In this document: one piece after another, positions 15,883 to 25,151 of the stretch | How positions within the stretch are numbered: position 1 is the first letter of the stretch | How the letters are laid out: each line of letters begins with the position of its first letter | NCBI GenBank assembly: GCA_002938045.1 | Contig: PTLJ01000001.1 | Location: 1-40,326 of the forward strand | Direction: 5' to 3' | Length of the DNA: 40,326 nt | Source of the DNA: Alphaproteobacteria bacterium MarineAlpha3_Bin4 | Lineage (GTDB): Bacteria > Pseudomonadota > Alphaproteobacteria > Rhodospirillales > Casp-alpha2 | Program-made: the position numbers and the translations under genes | Notes under the pieces: generated by a model | What the model was told of the DNA's origin: nothing | Database searches by the model: none | The model's input: only the letters and a program-made list of their open reading frames with translations

Positions 15883-17208
15883 ATGAACGACGACGCGTGC
15901 CATATGACAGCCGTGGATGCGGTGCGCGCGATCATCGATGGCGAATTGACGTCTGCGGAGTTGGTCACAGCCTGTTTAGCACGTTGTGCCAAACGCGAAC
16001 CGGTAGTCAAGGCCTGGGCTCATCTTGACCCAGACCTAGCGATGGCTGAAGCTCGCGCCACGGACGAGGCGCTTGCTAGTGGCGTCGAACCGGGGCCCTT
16101 GCAAGGTATTCCCGTCGGCATCAAGGACATCATCGATACAGCCGACCTGCCGACCGAAAACGGCTCCGCGCTGTTCGCCGGCCGTCGACCGGCCCAGGAC
16201 GCGACCACAGTAGCGTTGCTCAGGCGTGCCGGCGCCGTGATAATGGGCAAGACAGTAACCACTGAATTCGCCATGTCTGGTGCGCACGGTACCACCAATC
16301 CGCACCATCCGGCGCATACGCCAGGTGGCTCATCGAGTGGTTCGGGTGCTGCTGTCGCCGATTTCATGGCGTCGCTGGCTTTGGGAAGTCAAACCGGTGG
16401 TTCTGTAATTCGTCCGGCATCGTTCTGCGGCATCTACGGCTACAAACCAACGTTTGGGTCGATCTCGCGGGCGCGCACATTCATTCTTGCACGGCGGCTT
16501 GACCACATCGGCGTCTACGGTCGTAGCCTCGCTGATCTGGCGTTGATCGGGGATGCGCTGATGGTTTGGGACCCAGCCGACCTAGATATGCGTGACCAAC
16601 CCGCCTGTGGACTTATTGACGCCTGGACGGAGCGGGTAGTTAAAACTCCACGCCTGGCCTTCGTAACAGGCCCACCGTGGGATTACGCCGAGCCACACAT
16701 GCCACCACTGTTCGAGGCATACGTCGATAAGCTGGCGGACGCCGTCACTCAGGTCGAACTGGCAGGCGTCTTTGAATCTGCGCTCGATGTCCAAGTGACG
16801 GTGATGAATGCTAACCTGTATGCTAACCTGGAAGAATACGTGGAGCGCGACGCCGGAAAGTTAATGGCGGAGACAGTCCGTCGTGTCGAGGCTGGACGCG
16901 GCATCTCGGCTGACGCATACATCCGGGCATTGGAACTCGCCGATTCTATCGCCGGAGCCCTTGATCACCTGTTCGAGCACTACGACGCCCTTATTACCGC
17001 TGCCGCTCCGGGTGAGGCGCCTGTAGGTCTGGAATCGACGGGTAACCCTGCTTTCCAGCGGATCTGGACCCTGACCGGTGTTCCCACCGTAACCTTGCCC
17101 AAACTGACAGGACCGAATGGTCTGCCGATTGGCGTCCAGGTGATCGGCCGCGCCGGTGGTGATGCCAAACTGTTCCGCATTGCCCGCTGGCTCGACGAAA
17201 GGCCATGA
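15883..17208 (+). CDS. Amidase (amidase-signature family, GatA-like)
   Basis: Signature GGSSSGSGAAVA and the KD..D region GIPVGIKDIID. The track ORF starts at 15793, but ATG 15883 has a GGGAGGGA SD and gives a normal N-terminus. Confidence 0.88.
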   Translation: MNDDACHMTAVDAVRAIIDGELTSAELVTACLARCAKREPVVKAWAHLDPDLAMAEARATDEALASGVEPGPLQGIPVGIKDIIDTADLPTENGSALFAGRRPAQDATTVALLRRAGAVIMGKTVTTEFAMSGAHGTTNPHHPAHTPGGSSSGSGAAVADFMASLALGSQTGGSVIRPASFCGIYGYKPTFGSISRARTFILARRLDHIGVYGRSLADLALIGDALMVWDPADLDMRDQPACGLIDAWTERVVKTPRLAFVTGPPWDYAEPHMPPLFEAYVDKLADAVTQVELAGVFESALDVQVTVMNANLYANLEEYVERDAGKLMAETVRRVEAGRGISADAYIRALELADSIAGALDHLFEHYDALITAAAPGEAPVGLESTGNPAFQRIWTLTGVPTVTLPKLTGPNGLPIGVQVIGRAGGDAKLFRIARWLDERP

Positions 17209-17216
17209 TGGCTAAT

Positions 17217-17262
17217 AAAAACGGCTTTGAAGTCTTGCTGAAGACAACGGCCGAAACCGTTT
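17217..17262 (+). terminator. Compound stem-loop just after the amidase stop; weak candidate terminator
   Basis: AAACGG(17219-24) pairs with CCGTTT(17257-62). These enclose an inner hairpin, GTCTT-GCTG-AAGAC (17232-45). Only a short T run follows and the stems are not GC-rich. Confidence 0.25.
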
Positions 17263-17440
17263 AATCCTGTGCGACGGCGTCAGGAGCCTAGCGCCGACCG
17301 ATTGCAACCGCTTCTCTCTTAAAATGCAGCTCCATAACTGCTAGCTTCCAGAAACTGGACAAGGTGCACGCTTCATAGAATTTAAAGCGCATCATAGGTT
17401 TTAAAGTACGACTAAGTTCGACGCACCGACGGCGGGAACC

Positions 17441-18466
17441 CTACGACGCCGGCTTTTCAGCTTCGATCAGTTCGGTGAAGCGCTTGCGCAGTAGTTCGGC
17501 CTGGTAATCGGGAATGTCGTAAACCCAGCCCTCGGTTCGCTTGGCAATGGCGGCCGCCTGCTGGGATTCTCCTGAGACTATGACACGCATCCAGTTACGC
17601 GGTTTTTTGTCCCACAGTTCAAGCTTAACTACGTCGCCGTTTACAAGGGTGAACTCTGAAACGCTGGCTTCCGTATCCGTAAGCGTCAATTCGGTCTGCC
17701 GACGGACGTCATTCAGTAGAAAGTTATTGACCACGTTAGCAATCGAGCGTGGTCCGTAGCTGGTTTTAAGCTTCATGCCCTCCGGCACGCTCTCGAGTTT
17801 GAAACCATCCTTGACCGACAAATCACCGACGATGGTAAAGGTCTCGCCGTCTGGGTGGCTGAAACGGACATGTTTAATCTGCTCTAGCGGGATGTCGATG
17901 ATATTGCGGACCAGCCAGTCGCGTGGCTCGCCGCCGATTTCGACAGCGCCCTTTGCAAGCCAGGCCTGGTCTTCGTTGGGTCTGCGAATATAAATGCCCC
18001 CGGTCATTGTAGCCGGGAGCGAGTAGTTGTCGCGGCCTAAGATTAGATTCGCTATTTCCTTGTCGTTTTTGTCAACGAACGTCAAAAGCCGCGCCTGGCT
18101 TTTCTCTGAGAGTGGATCTTCGAGACGAAGTTTGGCGAGTTTTTCCTTGCGTTTGGTTTTTGCTTCCAGGAATTCAAGCGAGGCGAGGCCGAGGATGACC
18201 TTCGCTGCCAACCGGTTATCTATGGCGTAACCGCCGCTCTCGGAAAGAACCCAGCCCTTGTCACTATGGACAAAGGTCATCTGATCGTTACCCTGCCGAA
18301 CTTGGAACGAGGCAACCTGGTCGGCATTTTCCAGCAAGCTCGGAAAGACGCGTTCGCCATCAGCGCGAAACTCCAAAAACTGCGGCCGCATTCCGAGCGC
18401 TAGCGTAGCGGCGGTGACGGAGATCACAGCGACGATGCCGAGGATGGTGAATGTGCGCGGTGTCAT
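17441..18466 (-). CDS. DUF4340-like, N-terminally membrane-anchored periplasmic protein (last gene of the GldG-type ABC operon)
   Basis: 341 aa. Single N-terminal TM segment (FTILGIVAVISVTAATLALG). No catalytic motifs. In my recollection, proteins of this size following gldG-like genes belong to DUF4340. The family call was not verified by search. Confidence 0.6.
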   Translation of the reverse strand: MTPRTFTILGIVAVISVTAATLALGMRPQFLEFRADGERVFPSLLENADQVASFQVRQGNDQMTFVHSDKGWVLSESGGYAIDNRLAAKVILGLASLEFLEAKTKRKEKLAKLRLEDPLSEKSQARLLTFVDKNDKEIANLILGRDNYSLPATMTGGIYIRRPNEDQAWLAKGAVEIGGEPRDWLVRNIIDIPLEQIKHVRFSHPDGETFTIVGDLSVKDGFKLESVPEGMKLKTSYGPRSIANVVNNFLLNDVRRQTELTLTDTEASVSEFTLVNGDVVKLELWDKKPRNWMRVIVSGESQQAAAIAKRTEGWVYDIPDYQAELLRKRFTELIEAEKPAS

Positions 18467-18493
18467 TGCGTTTCCTTCCTCGTCTCGTTTTCC

Positions 18494-20371
18494 TCAGGCG
18501 ACCCTGTGCCGAACGCGTCGGAACAGTATCAACACCAGCGTAGCGACGCCAAGAAGAAGCGGTATCGCAACAATGTTAAGAAACTTCAGCAACATGTCTA
18601 AATTGTCGATGTCCTCGCGAAGCGCATGTTGCACATCGCGCAACTGACGGCGGATCGAGATCATCTCGCGTCTCCGATTCTCGATCGCTTGACGGTCGGC
18701 GGTTGTCACCGTTGCTTCGCCGCCGTTTTCCTCCTGCGACACTAGCTGGGTCATTTCCTGTTGCACCTGTTTTAGTTTGGCGACCAGCTCTTGTTCCTTG
18801 GCCCGGTACTTTAGCTCGGCGTCTTGGCGGATGCGTAGCACCATGCTGAATGGCCGCGTCGTCTCACCACGGCTGCGTAACCCGACTAAGGTTGAGCCGC
18901 CGGCTAGATTCTCGAGCGCGTTGAGTACTAGATCGGCGTTGCTGGCGAAGGGGACTTGGTAGTTCTGGCCAAAGAGGTCCTGCTGCTCGACCCAAAATTG
19001 ATCGTGCAGCAGATCGGCGTCGCTAACGACGATGACATTGATCGGGTCTTTGGCGGACGCCATGTGCGTTGCCACGGACTCCAGCTGTTTTTCCTTATCT
19101 GGCTTGGGTCGACCATCTGGATAAGCACTTTTAGTTAAACCCTGAACCCGCGCGGCGATGATGAGCGGTTTCCCTTCCGGCTTGAACTCGCGGAACAAAG
19201 CGACGACGTCAGGGTTCATGCGAACCTTTTCGGCATCAATGCGCGCCGCACGAACCTTGGTAGTAATTAGTGGAGTTAGTTTCGTCGTTGCGCCATCAGC
19301 GGCAACCAGACTGCCGGCGGAAGCGACGTTGACGCGGTTGAGGTTGCTGGTTATTGGATCATTTGTGTTGAAGTTGCGCTTGTCCAACGACAGCCAAACG
19401 ACGTAATCAGCGACAGCGATTTGTCCATCTCGGCGGACGTTGACCCGCCGAGCCGTGTCGAGATCGCCGACCACCTTACCGGCCTCTAGCGCGACGCCCC
19501 AGGCTTTGAGTAGCGGGCCAAGGTCGGATACGCCCGCGTCCGGCGCGCCACGCGCTACGGCTATCTCGACTTCCGAATTTGGGTCATTGAAGATCAGCGC
19601 GGGGCCGCCTTTGAGGACGAATTGGTCAATGGCATAGAGTAGCAGCTCGTTGAGTTGCTTCGGGTGGGCGATCAGCAGTATATCCACCTCTTCGGGAATC
19701 GTCGTTTCGGTGGCTTCGATGTTACGAACGTCAAAAAAATCGGCGATTTGGTCAACGATAGCCCAGCGTGGTTGCTGCGCCATCGGAATTCCATTGATCG
19801 GTATCCCGCTTAGAATTCCGATGGTTTTCGGCTCCGGATTGACTAGGCCTTGGATCATACGGGTCAGGTCGTACTCCAGGAAGGCCTCCCGTCGTGGGTT
19901 CAAATACCCGATGGTTTCCTGGTCGTCGGTGCTGTTGGTAGTGACGAGGCCGAAATAGCCGCGGTCGCCAGCGTTGTTTATTGGCACACCCTGAAGACCG
20001 AATGCAACGGCGCGATCTTCGTCCTCGGTGAACGGCTCGGGGTTGTAAAGCTCGAAGCGTAACTTGCCTTCGGAAATATTCGCGTATTGATCGAGTAGGT
20101 CGCGAATGCGGTTGAAGTAGGTCTGAAGACGCGGATTGACTTCGCCGAGAGCTTTCGAGAAATAGAGCCGGACTGTAATAGGTTCGTCAATTGAGGAGAT
20201 CACTTGGCTGGTGCCTTCGGACAAAGTAAAAAGTCGGTCCTCGGTCAGATCAAGGCGCTGGCCCTTTAACGCGGCATTGGCGAAGATATTGACAGCGAAA
20301 AAGATTGCCACTGCGAAGCCGAGCCCACCGAGCGCTAGTTTGGCCCTATTACTGGTTTTCGATTTATCCAT
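18494..20371 (-). CDS. GldG-family ABC-transporter auxiliary component (ABC_transp_aux-like)
   Basis: 625 aa. N-terminal TM segment and a large periplasmic domain. C-terminal coiled coil (KEQELVAKLKQVQQEMTQLV...RRQLRDVQHAL) followed by a final TM segment. Lies 9 nt downstream of the ABC-2 permease. Confidence 0.72.
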   Translation of the reverse strand: MDKSKTSNRAKLALGGLGFAVAIFFAVNIFANAALKGQRLDLTEDRLFTLSEGTSQVISSIDEPITVRLYFSKALGEVNPRLQTYFNRIRDLLDQYANISEGKLRFELYNPEPFTEDEDRAVAFGLQGVPINNAGDRGYFGLVTTNSTDDQETIGYLNPRREAFLEYDLTRMIQGLVNPEPKTIGILSGIPINGIPMAQQPRWAIVDQIADFFDVRNIEATETTIPEEVDILLIAHPKQLNELLLYAIDQFVLKGGPALIFNDPNSEVEIAVARGAPDAGVSDLGPLLKAWGVALEAGKVVGDLDTARRVNVRRDGQIAVADYVVWLSLDKRNFNTNDPITSNLNRVNVASAGSLVAADGATTKLTPLITTKVRAARIDAEKVRMNPDVVALFREFKPEGKPLIIAARVQGLTKSAYPDGRPKPDKEKQLESVATHMASAKDPINVIVVSDADLLHDQFWVEQQDLFGQNYQVPFASNADLVLNALENLAGGSTLVGLRSRGETTRPFSMVLRIRQDAELKYRAKEQELVAKLKQVQQEMTQLVSQEENGGEATVTTADRQAIENRRREMISIRRQLRDVQHALREDIDNLDMLLKFLNIVAIPLLLGVATLVLILFRRVRHRVA

Positions 20372-20380
20372 CAGCTCGCC

Positions 20381-21115
20381 TCAACTGCCTTTTTTGATGT
20401 CGATAATGACGACGTTGGCAAACAGCCATATGGCGATCAGCGACGCGAAGAACACAGCATCGCGAAGATCGATCAGGCCGCGGGTGACGGATTCGAAATG
20501 GGCCAGGAAGCTCATCTGGAAGATTGCTTGGCTGACGATTTCCGGTGCAAGGGTACGGACAAAGTCCTGCACTAGTTCAGCTCCGCTCATGGTAAACAGA
20601 AAGCATACCGTCGCCGACATAATGAAGGCGATGACCTGGTTCTTGGTTAGCGCCGATAGGCACGACCCAATCGCTAGGTAGGCACCGGCCATGACGAAAC
20701 TGCCGACGTAGCTGGCTAGGATGACGCCGTTGTCCGGATCGCCGAGCACGTTGACAGTGATCCACATCGGCGCTGTCAGGCTAAGAGCGATACCGCAAAA
20801 CGCCCAGGCGGCAAAATACTTACCGAGTACCGCCTCGGTGGTCGAGATTGGCAGTGTCATCAAAATTTCGATGGTCCCGGTCTTGCGCTCTTCTGCCCAT
20901 AGCCGCATGGCGATCGCAGGCACCAACAGCAGGAATAGCCAGGGGTGATAGACGAAGAAAGCCTGCAAGTCGGCTTGCGCGCGGACGAAAAAGCCGCCGA
21001 CGTAGAACGCGAAGGCGCCGGTCAAGGTCAGGAAAATAAAAATGAAGACAAGAGCGATTGGGGTCGCGAAGTATGCCCGGAGTTCCCTCATCGCGACGAT
21101 GCCAACGTTACCCAC
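20381..21115 (-). CDS. ABC-2 type transporter permease (GldF-like)
   Basis: Six-TM ABC-2 permease. The track start is TTG 21142. GTG 21115 follows a GGAGG SD and overlaps the ATPase stop by 8 nt. ATG 21091 is another alternative start. Confidence 0.8.
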   Translation of the reverse strand: MGNVGIVAMRELRAYFATPIALVFIFIFLTLTGAFAFYVGGFFVRAQADLQAFFVYHPWLFLLLVPAIAMRLWAEERKTGTIEILMTLPISTTEAVLGKYFAAWAFCGIALSLTAPMWITVNVLGDPDNGVILASYVGSFVMAGAYLAIGSCLSALTKNQVIAFIMSATVCFLFTMSGAELVQDFVRTLAPEIVSQAIFQMSFLAHFESVTRGLIDLRDAVFFASLIAIWLFANVVIIDIKKGS

Positions 21116-22067
21116 GATTGACCTCCGTGCCGTCTTCGCCAATGGTGATCTGCCGGAAGACCTCGTCGAGAGCGCCTTTTTCCGTATAGATCTCGGTAAT
21201 GTTAAAACCTTTCTCGCGCATCAGCGCGCCGACGGCGACGGTGATAGGCTGTCCATCCTTGCTGACGACCCTGAGCGAAGCGCGCCCGTCGGCCCGACTC
21301 AAGATGTCTACGCCGCCGACCTCGTCCAGGGCCTCAATCGCCGGCTTAGCGAGATCGAGTTCGGCCGGTTCAAGCTCGATGCGGACGGCGTTATGAATCG
21401 ATGAGCGGCCGATCAACTGTTCGGGCGTTCCGTCGGCGACCAGGCGCCCTTCCGAAATGATTACGGCACGCGTACATACGGCCTCGACCTCTTCCAGAAT
21501 ATGTGTCGAGACGATGACGGCTTTGTCTGCTGCCATTTCACGGATCAGGTTGCGGACGTGGTGTTTCTGATTGGGGTCGAGGCCGTCTGTGGGCTCGTCC
21601 ATGATCAATACCGGCGGGTCGTGGAGCATCGCCTGCGCCAGTCCGACGCGACGTTTGAACCCTTTCGACAGCGTTTCAATGGATTGATCGAGGACACTCT
21701 TGAGCGACGTTTTCTCGACTATCTGTTCGATGCAGACCTGCTTTTCTGCGCCGCGGTAACCGCGAACTTGGGCGACAAAATCGAGAAACGACGCTGGTGT
21801 CATGTCGCCGTAGGCGGGCGCGCCCTCCGGAAGGTAGCCAAGCCGCTTCTGCACCTCGACCGGTTTCTCGCCGACATCGAAGCCACAGACTTCGACCGTG
21901 CCGGATGTCGCCGGAAGAAACCCGGTGATGATTTTCATGGTCGTCGATTTGCCAGCGCCGTTGGGGCCCAAGAAGCCGACCACTTCGCCACGACCAACCG
22001 CCATAGAAATGCTATTGACGGCGTTCAATGGACCAAAGCGTTTGACGAGATTCTGGAGTTTGATCAT
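21108..22067 (-). CDS. ABC transporter ATP-binding protein (GldA-like, with C-terminal accessory domain)
   Basis: 319 aa. Walker A GPNGAGKST, signature-like LSKGFKRRV, and Walker B VLIMDEPTDGLD. Confidence 0.92.
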   Translation of the reverse strand: MIKLQNLVKRFGPLNAVNSISMAVGRGEVVGFLGPNGAGKSTTMKIITGFLPATSGTVEVCGFDVGEKPVEVQKRLGYLPEGAPAYGDMTPASFLDFVAQVRGYRGAEKQVCIEQIVEKTSLKSVLDQSIETLSKGFKRRVGLAQAMLHDPPVLIMDEPTDGLDPNQKHHVRNLIREMAADKAVIVSTHILEEVEAVCTRAVIISEGRLVADGTPEQLIGRSSIHNAVRIELEPAELDLAKPAIEALDEVGGVDILSRADGRASLRVVSKDGQPITVAVGALMREKGFNITEIYTEKGALDEVFRQITIGEDGTEVNRG

Positions 22068-22222
22068 TTGCAGGACGAGTTATTGTTGTGCCACTCGTTT
22101 TCCAAAAATTATTCTGCACCGTCAGCGTATTTTGCCAAATAAATATGGCGATCTTTTGGCGGGTCAAGCCCCTATCGAAAGTAATTCTGGTACGCCGTGA
22201 GTATAGATAACAACTTGATACT

Positions 22223-22906
22223 TCAAGGCTCTTTAGAGGAATTCGCGAGCAACCATCGGAAGACCAACGTCGCTACAACAGCGCCGGCGAACTCGGCGGC
22301 GATGAAGCCCGGCGCATCTACCAGTCGGATACCGGAGAAGGTGTCCGTGAACGAACGTGCGATGGTGACCGCCGGGTTGGCGAAGGACGTCGACGATGTA
22401 AACCAATATCCCGCTGAGATGAACAGCCCGACCGCGTAAGGCACGGCGTCGGGTCGCCATTTCAGGCAACCGACGATGGTTGCCACCAGGCCAAAGGTGG
22501 CGACGAATTCAGCTAACCATTGTGGCGGTCCGGTGCGGATGTGGATGCCGGCCGTGAACGGCGCGTGATCGAACATCAGATGAGCTGCCAACACTCCGAG
22601 CAGCCCGGCGATGACCTGAATTACGACGTAAGCCGCCGCGACGCCAGCACCGATCTCGCGCCGGATTAGGAAAGCCAGCGTCACAGCAGGATTGAAATGG
22701 GCGCCTGAGACGGCGCCGAAAACTAAAATTAGGACCACTAAGATGGCGCCGGTGGCGATGGTATTGGCCAAGAGCGCTACCGCAGTATTGCCGCCAGCCA
22801 GCGCCTCGCCCATGATCCCTGAACCGACCACCGTGGCGAGCAAGAATCCAGTGCCGAGCGCTTCGGCGGCGAGCCGGCGGGCCAGGGACGGCGTCGACGC
22901 TGTCAT
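22223..22906 (-). CDS. aqpS: MIP-family aquaglyceroporin, arsenite channel AqpS-like
   Basis: Two NPA boxes (HFNPAVTLAF and FANPAVTIARS). The true start is taken as ATG 22906, which overlaps the arsC TGA (ATGA). The longer track ORF (to 23101) adds an Arg-rich extension that lies inside arsC. Confidence 0.82.
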   Translation of the reverse strand: MTASTPSLARRLAAEALGTGFLLATVVGSGIMGEALAGGNTAVALLANTIATGAILVVLILVFGAVSGAHFNPAVTLAFLIRREIGAGVAAAYVVIQVIAGLLGVLAAHLMFDHAPFTAGIHIRTGPPQWLAEFVATFGLVATIVGCLKWRPDAVPYAVGLFISAGYWFTSSTSFANPAVTIARSFTDTFSGIRLVDAPGFIAAEFAGAVVATLVFRWLLANSSKEP

Positions 22907-23367
22907 CCGGCGTCTTCGATGTCCTCGACGTCGTCGAGGAATTTTTGGATGCGCGCGTCGATGCGTTCGTAAATTTGGGCGTAATGGGCGCGGATTTCGT
23001 CGGCAGAGCCACGAAACACCGCCGGGTCGGGAAACGGCCAGTGGGCGTTTTCCGGATGCCCGAGCCAGATCGGGCAGGCCTCCCCGGCAGCGTTGTCGCA
23101 AACGGTAATTATCAGATCCATTTCCACTGCACCCGGATTGGTGAAACCGTCCCAGCTCTTGGAGCTGAAGCCGGCAATATCGTGACCCTTGGCGGCCAGC
23201 AGTTCCAGAGTATTAGGATTGACCACGCCAGCCGGATGGCTGCCAGCGCTGTAGGCACAGTAGCGGCCGCCGCCGAGGCGGGCCAAAATTGCTTCGGCCA
23301 TAATGCTGCGGCACGAGTTGCCGGTGCAGATAAAGAGGATGTTCTTGATTGTAGTGGTCATCGGCAT
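22903..23367 (-). CDS. arsC: Arsenate reductase, LMW-PTPase/thioredoxin-coupled type
   Basis: 154 aa. Has the CX5R P-loop ILFICTGNSCRSIMAEA and the downstream Cys pair ITVCDNAAGEACP. Confidence 0.9.
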   Translation of the reverse strand: MPMTTTIKNILFICTGNSCRSIMAEAILARLGGGRYCAYSAGSHPAGVVNPNTLELLAAKGHDIAGFSSKSWDGFTNPGAVEMDLIITVCDNAAGEACPIWLGHPENAHWPFPDPAVFRGSADEIRAHYAQIYERIDARIQKFLDDVEDIEDAG

Positions 23368-23554
23368 CGCCCTTACACGTTATGGCGGCGCGTTGGCAAG
23401 TTAAACTTAAGTGTCACAATATGTGCTGTTGCGAGCCTGTCCCTCAATGGCTTCGAGGGGTTCCTTGCCGCAAGTGGTGCTGGTGCCTTAGGCTACTAGG
23501 CCTGGATGTCTTTTAGAGTTTCCTGTCCACACGTTGCAGCCAGAGGAGGATTGA

Positions 23555-23842
23555 TTGGCAGCACCGCAATTTCTTGTCCACGATACCGTCGACACAGTGG
23601 GCGTGGTCGTCGTTGAGGGTGTTAAAGCTGGTGCCGCACTGTCGGGCTGGCTGATGGCCACCGACGCGACGATCAGAATCAAGTCCCTGGGTTCGATACC
23701 GCTAGGCCACAAGGTCGCGCTGCGCGACATAAAGGAGGGCGCCACCATCATCAAGTACGGCCACGACATCGGCGTCGCTGTTAAGGATATAAAGAAGGGA
23801 GGCCATGTACACATCCAGAATGTTAAGACCAAGAGGTGGTAG
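23555..23842 (+). CDS. UxaA-family dehydratase/lyase small subunit (SAF domain; SuyA-like)
   Basis: 95 aa. SAF-domain pattern D.VGV....V..G.......[22 protein letters not shown]. Immediately followed by the large subunit. Confidence 0.8.
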   Translation: MAAPQFLVHDTVDTVGVVVVEGVKAGAALSGWLMATDATIRIKSLGSIPLGHKVALRDIKEGATIIKYGHDIGVAVKDIKKGGHVHIQNVKTKRW

Positions 23843-23844
23843 GG

Positions 23845-25146
23845 ATGGCTAAAGCAGCAAAAAGAGCAAAGCGGGCGCCACGCTCGGTTGCCGTTGGTTC
23901 GCCAAAAGTTCCGCAGCACGTCGAGAAAGCCACCCTCGTTAGCCCCAATCCGCGCGTCACCTGGACCCGCTCAGGCCGGGGCCGGCCGACGTTTTGGGGC
24001 TATCGCCGGGAGAATGGCCGCGTCGGCGTCCGCAACCACGTCGTCATCTTGCCTCTGGACGACCTTTCGAACGCCGCCAGCGAGGCGGTGAGCAACAACA
24101 TAAAGGGTACATTAGCGATCCCGCATCCATACGGTCGCCTGCAGTTTGGCGAGGACCTTGAGCTACACTTCCGCACCCTGATCGGCACCGGCGCCAACCC
24201 CAACGTCGCTGCCGTTATAGTCATCGGCATCGAGCCGGCGTGGACGCAACGCGTCGTCGACGGCATCGCCAAGACCGGCAAACCGGTGGCGGGCTTTGCC
24301 ATCGAACAAAACGGCGACCATAAGGTGATCGCTGCGGCTAGCCGTCAAGCCAAGGAGTTCGTTCATTGGGGGTCCGAACTGCAGCGCGAAGAATTCGGCG
24401 TCGACGACCTCTGGGTTTCCGTCAAATGCGGAGAATCAGATACCACATCCGGTCTTGCGTCGAACCCGACGGTCGGCAACTTTATCGACAAGATGGACCG
24501 CTGGGGGGCGACAACCTGCTTCGGTGAGACCTCCGAAATTACCGGAGCCGAAATGGTCTGCGCCACGCGCGGTAAGACCAAGGCGGTGGGCAAAAAATTT
24601 ATGAAGACCTGGCAGGCCTACATGGACGAGGTAATCGAGCCCTATAAGACGTCCGATCTTTCCGATAGTCAGCCGACAAAGGGCAACATCCAGGGTGGAC
24701 TAACGACGATCGAGGAGAAGGCTTTTGGCAACTTGGAGAAGATCGGTAAAAAGGCCAAGTACGTCGACGTGCTGGGTCCGGCGGAACTCCCAAGAAAGGG
24801 CCCTGGGCTCTACTTCATGGACACATCTTCGGCGGCAGCCGAATGCGTGACCCTGCAGGCGGCAGCCGGATTTGCCGTGCACCTGTTCCCGACCGGGCAG
24901 GGCAACATCGTCGGCAACCCGATAGAGCCAGTGATCAAACTGACGGCTAACCCGCGTACCGTGCGGACAATGTCTGAGCATGTCGATTACGACTGCTCGG
25001 GCATCCTACGTCGCGAGCTGAGTCTGGATCAGGCTGGAGACGGCTTAATCGACATCACCATCCGTACCTGCAACGGGCGCCACACAGCGGCGGAGGCGCT
25101 AGGCCATCGGCAATTTGTGTTGACCAAGCTCTATCGAAGCGCCTGA
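23845..25146 (+). CDS. UxaA-family dehydratase/lyase large subunit (altronate/galactarate dehydratase-like; SuyB-like)
   Basis: Conserved [21 protein letters not shown] block and downstream Cys-containing regions. ATG 23845 has a GAGGTGG SD. There are no later in-frame ATG, GTG or TTG codons before the conserved block. Confidence 0.85.
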   Translation: MAKAAKRAKRAPRSVAVGSPKVPQHVEKATLVSPNPRVTWTRSGRGRPTFWGYRRENGRVGVRNHVVILPLDDLSNAASEAVSNNIKGTLAIPHPYGRLQFGEDLELHFRTLIGTGANPNVAAVIVIGIEPAWTQRVVDGIAKTGKPVAGFAIEQNGDHKVIAAASRQAKEFVHWGSELQREEFGVDDLWVSVKCGESDTTSGLASNPTVGNFIDKMDRWGATTCFGETSEITGAEMVCATRGKTKAVGKKFMKTWQAYMDEVIEPYKTSDLSDSQPTKGNIQGGLTTIEEKAFGNLEKIGKKAKYVDVLGPAELPRKGPGLYFMDTSSAAAECVTLQAAAGFAVHLFPTGQGNIVGNPIEPVIKLTANPRTVRTMSEHVDYDCSGILRRELSLDQAGDGLIDITIRTCNGRHTAAEALGHRQFVLTKLYRSA

Positions 25147-25151
25147 GGGCC

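Noticed and set aside
22907-23101. 65-aa Arg-rich N-terminal extension of the aquaporin ORF (track start 23101).
   Set aside because: The extension lies entirely inside arsC in another frame and is an improbable poly-Arg sequence. ATG 22906 gives a normal MIP N-terminus and a canonical ATGA overlap with arsC.
23836-23847. Possibility that the small and large UxaA-like ORFs are one gene broken by a frameshift or read-through.
   Set aside because: The two ORFs are in different frames. The large-subunit ATG has its own GAGGTGG SD, and split SAF plus large-subunit pairs are a known arrangement. I treat it as a genuine two-gene system.
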